DNA of 64,000 bases from Malacoraja senta. Taxonomy: Eukaryota. The notes below the pieces were generated by a model, which searched no databases, had not been told where the DNA came from, and worked only from the letters and a program-made list of their open reading frames with translations. Of this stretch, positions 62,481 to 64,000 are shown one piece after another (the stretch's first letter is position 1; the number at the start of each line of letters is the position of its first letter). The translations under genes were made by a program, and so were the position numbers. The stretch lies in assembly GCA_038087875.1 (NCBI GenBank), contig CM075979.1:17236001-17300000 (forward strand), in the 5' to 3' direction.

Positions 62481-63026
62481 CCATTGTCCGCAACTTAGGT
62501 AGCGAACCCGACGGCCGACGGCTACCCGCGCTTCCGCGGTCCGGACCGGGATCTCCCCACGGTCCATAACCGGTTTCCCCGCGGCCCGTCCGGACTTCGC
62601 CCCGAAATAGAATCCAGCAGGCAAACTCTGTAACAGAGCTTCCTGCAAGACAAAAAACGGAACCTGGAAATAAGTTTTAAAACTTACCTGCAGGCTTAAA
62701 CTTACCGCTGGAAGGAGCAGCGCGCCTGCCAGTCAGTGACTCACGTGACTCCGAAGTAAAATGATGTGTTGGATGCTGAGTGAAAGGTGAGGACCTGAGG
62801 AAACTATCCTTGTTCTGTCTGGAGGGAGCAGATGTGAGGATTGAACAACAGGATAGGGAGTCAGGGATCCATCTATGAGATCAGGGGGGGGGGGGGGGTC
62901 AACCATGTTTACTAAAGAAAGAGGACATCTCAGACATCCTAGAATGGAAGGCCTCATCTTGGGAGCAGATGCGGCAGAGACAGAGAAATTGAGAGTAGGG
63001 GATAGCATCGTTGCCAGAGGCGGATG

Positions 63027-63267
63027 TAAACATAGAAACATAAAAATTAGGTGCAGGAGTAGGCCATTCGGCCCTTCGAGCCTGCACCGCCATTTGATAT
63101 GATCATGGCTGATCATCCAACTCAGTATCCCATCCCTGCCTTCTCTCCATACCCCCTGATCCCTTTAGCCACAAGGGCCACATCTAACTCCCTCTTAAAT
63201 ATAGCCAATGAACTGGCCTCAACTACCTTCTGTGGCAGAGAATTCCACAGATTCACCACTCTCTGTG
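63027..63267 (-). mobile_element. Young CR1 3' end
   Basis: Near-identical to the CR1 tails at 14.1-14.33 kb and 32.45-32.7 kb. Confidence 0.9.
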
Positions 63268-63869
63268 TAGTCCAGATAATTGTGGGACTCATTGGGTTTG
63301 CAGTAGATGTCAGTCAATAGTCTGTCCCCTCAGATGGAGACAGAGAGATCAAGAAAGGGGAGAGAGGTGTCAAAGATAGTCCAAGTGAATTTGAGGGTAG
63401 GGTGGAAGTTAGTGGGAAGGTTAATTAGACACGAGTAGATAGAGGAAGTATTATACATTATTATAATAGATATTTACTGCAGCCAACAATTAACTTTATT
63501 ACACTTACACTTTCAAAGCAGGAAAATTAGTTCTAGGGGTAGGGAATATGTTTGTGATATTATTTTTCTCTGATTTCACATTTTCATAACATGAAAATAT
63601 GTTTCTCATTTCCGTTGCATTTTTCCATGCAAATAGATGAAAAGTCATTTTTATTTTTAAGAGCCATTTCAAAAATGTTTTGAATGTTTCTGTCAACCAG
63701 AATGTTTATGTCTGGCAGAAGGAGATGGAAAAGCAAGAACAGCTCATTCAGAGGCATCAATGGGGAACTTCAATGCAAACGTTCTGGGTGACTTTTCAGT
63801 TCTATGAATGAGGTAAACCGTTGCCATATATTGAGCTCTCCATAAGCAGCTTACTACTTAGGAAGCGGA

Positions 63870-64000
63870 GATCAAGTATCGCTGCATTTTCCCTGTACGA
63901 ACACTCTCACTCACGACAACTTCTCCTTTGACTCCTCCCACTTGCTTCAATTCAAAGGCGATGCCATGGGCACTCGTATGGGCCCTAGCTATGCCTTCCT
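63870..64000 (+). mobile_element. Penelope RT fragment running off the window
   Basis: LTHDNFSFDSSHLLQFKGDAMGTRMGPSYA resembles the Penelope RT motif. Confidence 0.75.

Larger units (their letters stand above)
58186..62762 (-). mobile_element. DIRS1-like tyrosine-recombinase retrotransposon, defective ORFs, intact ends
   Basis: YR motif SHSTRAA...AGWS...FQTFY (~58700-58830); methyltransferase-like FY.FFPFCLISRVL...PDWPMQPWFP; RT remnants GGCRFILDL and GLTSAPR. AAT is present at both ends. Confidence 0.9.
57238..63420 (-). mobile_element. Degraded Penelope-like element interrupted by DIRS (58186-62762) and CR1 (63027-63267)
   Basis: GIY-YIG ORF 57718-57939 and a pLTR at 57238-57400. The sequence is continuous across the DIRS site (...GTTGAAG-AAT-GATGTGTTGG...). 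Confidence 0.8.

Overview
Repeat-rich vertebrate DNA. It is most likely from a cartilaginous fish such as a skate or ray (inference from the intronless RAG1 CDS and the elasmobranch-type CR1, V-SINE and Penelope repeats). Two host genes lie on the minus strand. RAG1 has an intact 1027-aa CDS (7078-10161) and a predicted non-coding exon 1 and promoter at about 13.45-13.62 kb. An ELF5-type ETS gene lies only about 6 kb upstream of it; its predicted exons are ~56993-56913, 49779-49659 (duplicated at 56736-56616), 46531-46481, 29235-29158, 21189-20994 and 19670-19586, giving a ~175-aa frame in which I found no Pointed-domain exon. Retro- and DNA transposons have reshaped the ELF5 locus in four notable ways. 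(1) A full-length L1 with both ORFs intact is flanked by an identical 314-bp direct repeat that duplicates the whole ELF5 start-codon exon with both splice sites, and its 5'UTR carries an antisense splice donor facing the second copy. (2) An inverted partial copy of the ETS exon lies about 90 bp from that exon's donor. (3) A 5.8-kb hAT-like element in an intron carries a captured TDP2 exon 1 with its splice donor. (4) A DIRS element with an intact ICR and termini is integrated at an AAT core inside a Penelope element. Also present are a twin-primed (5'-inverted) L1, a hairpin Penelope insertion with hammerhead cores, solo LTRs, a Harbinger MITE, Helitron-like elements, Rex/Babar, CR1 and V-SINEs. 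RAG2 and TRAF6 are not seen. All calls come from reading the sequence by eye; no database searches were run.
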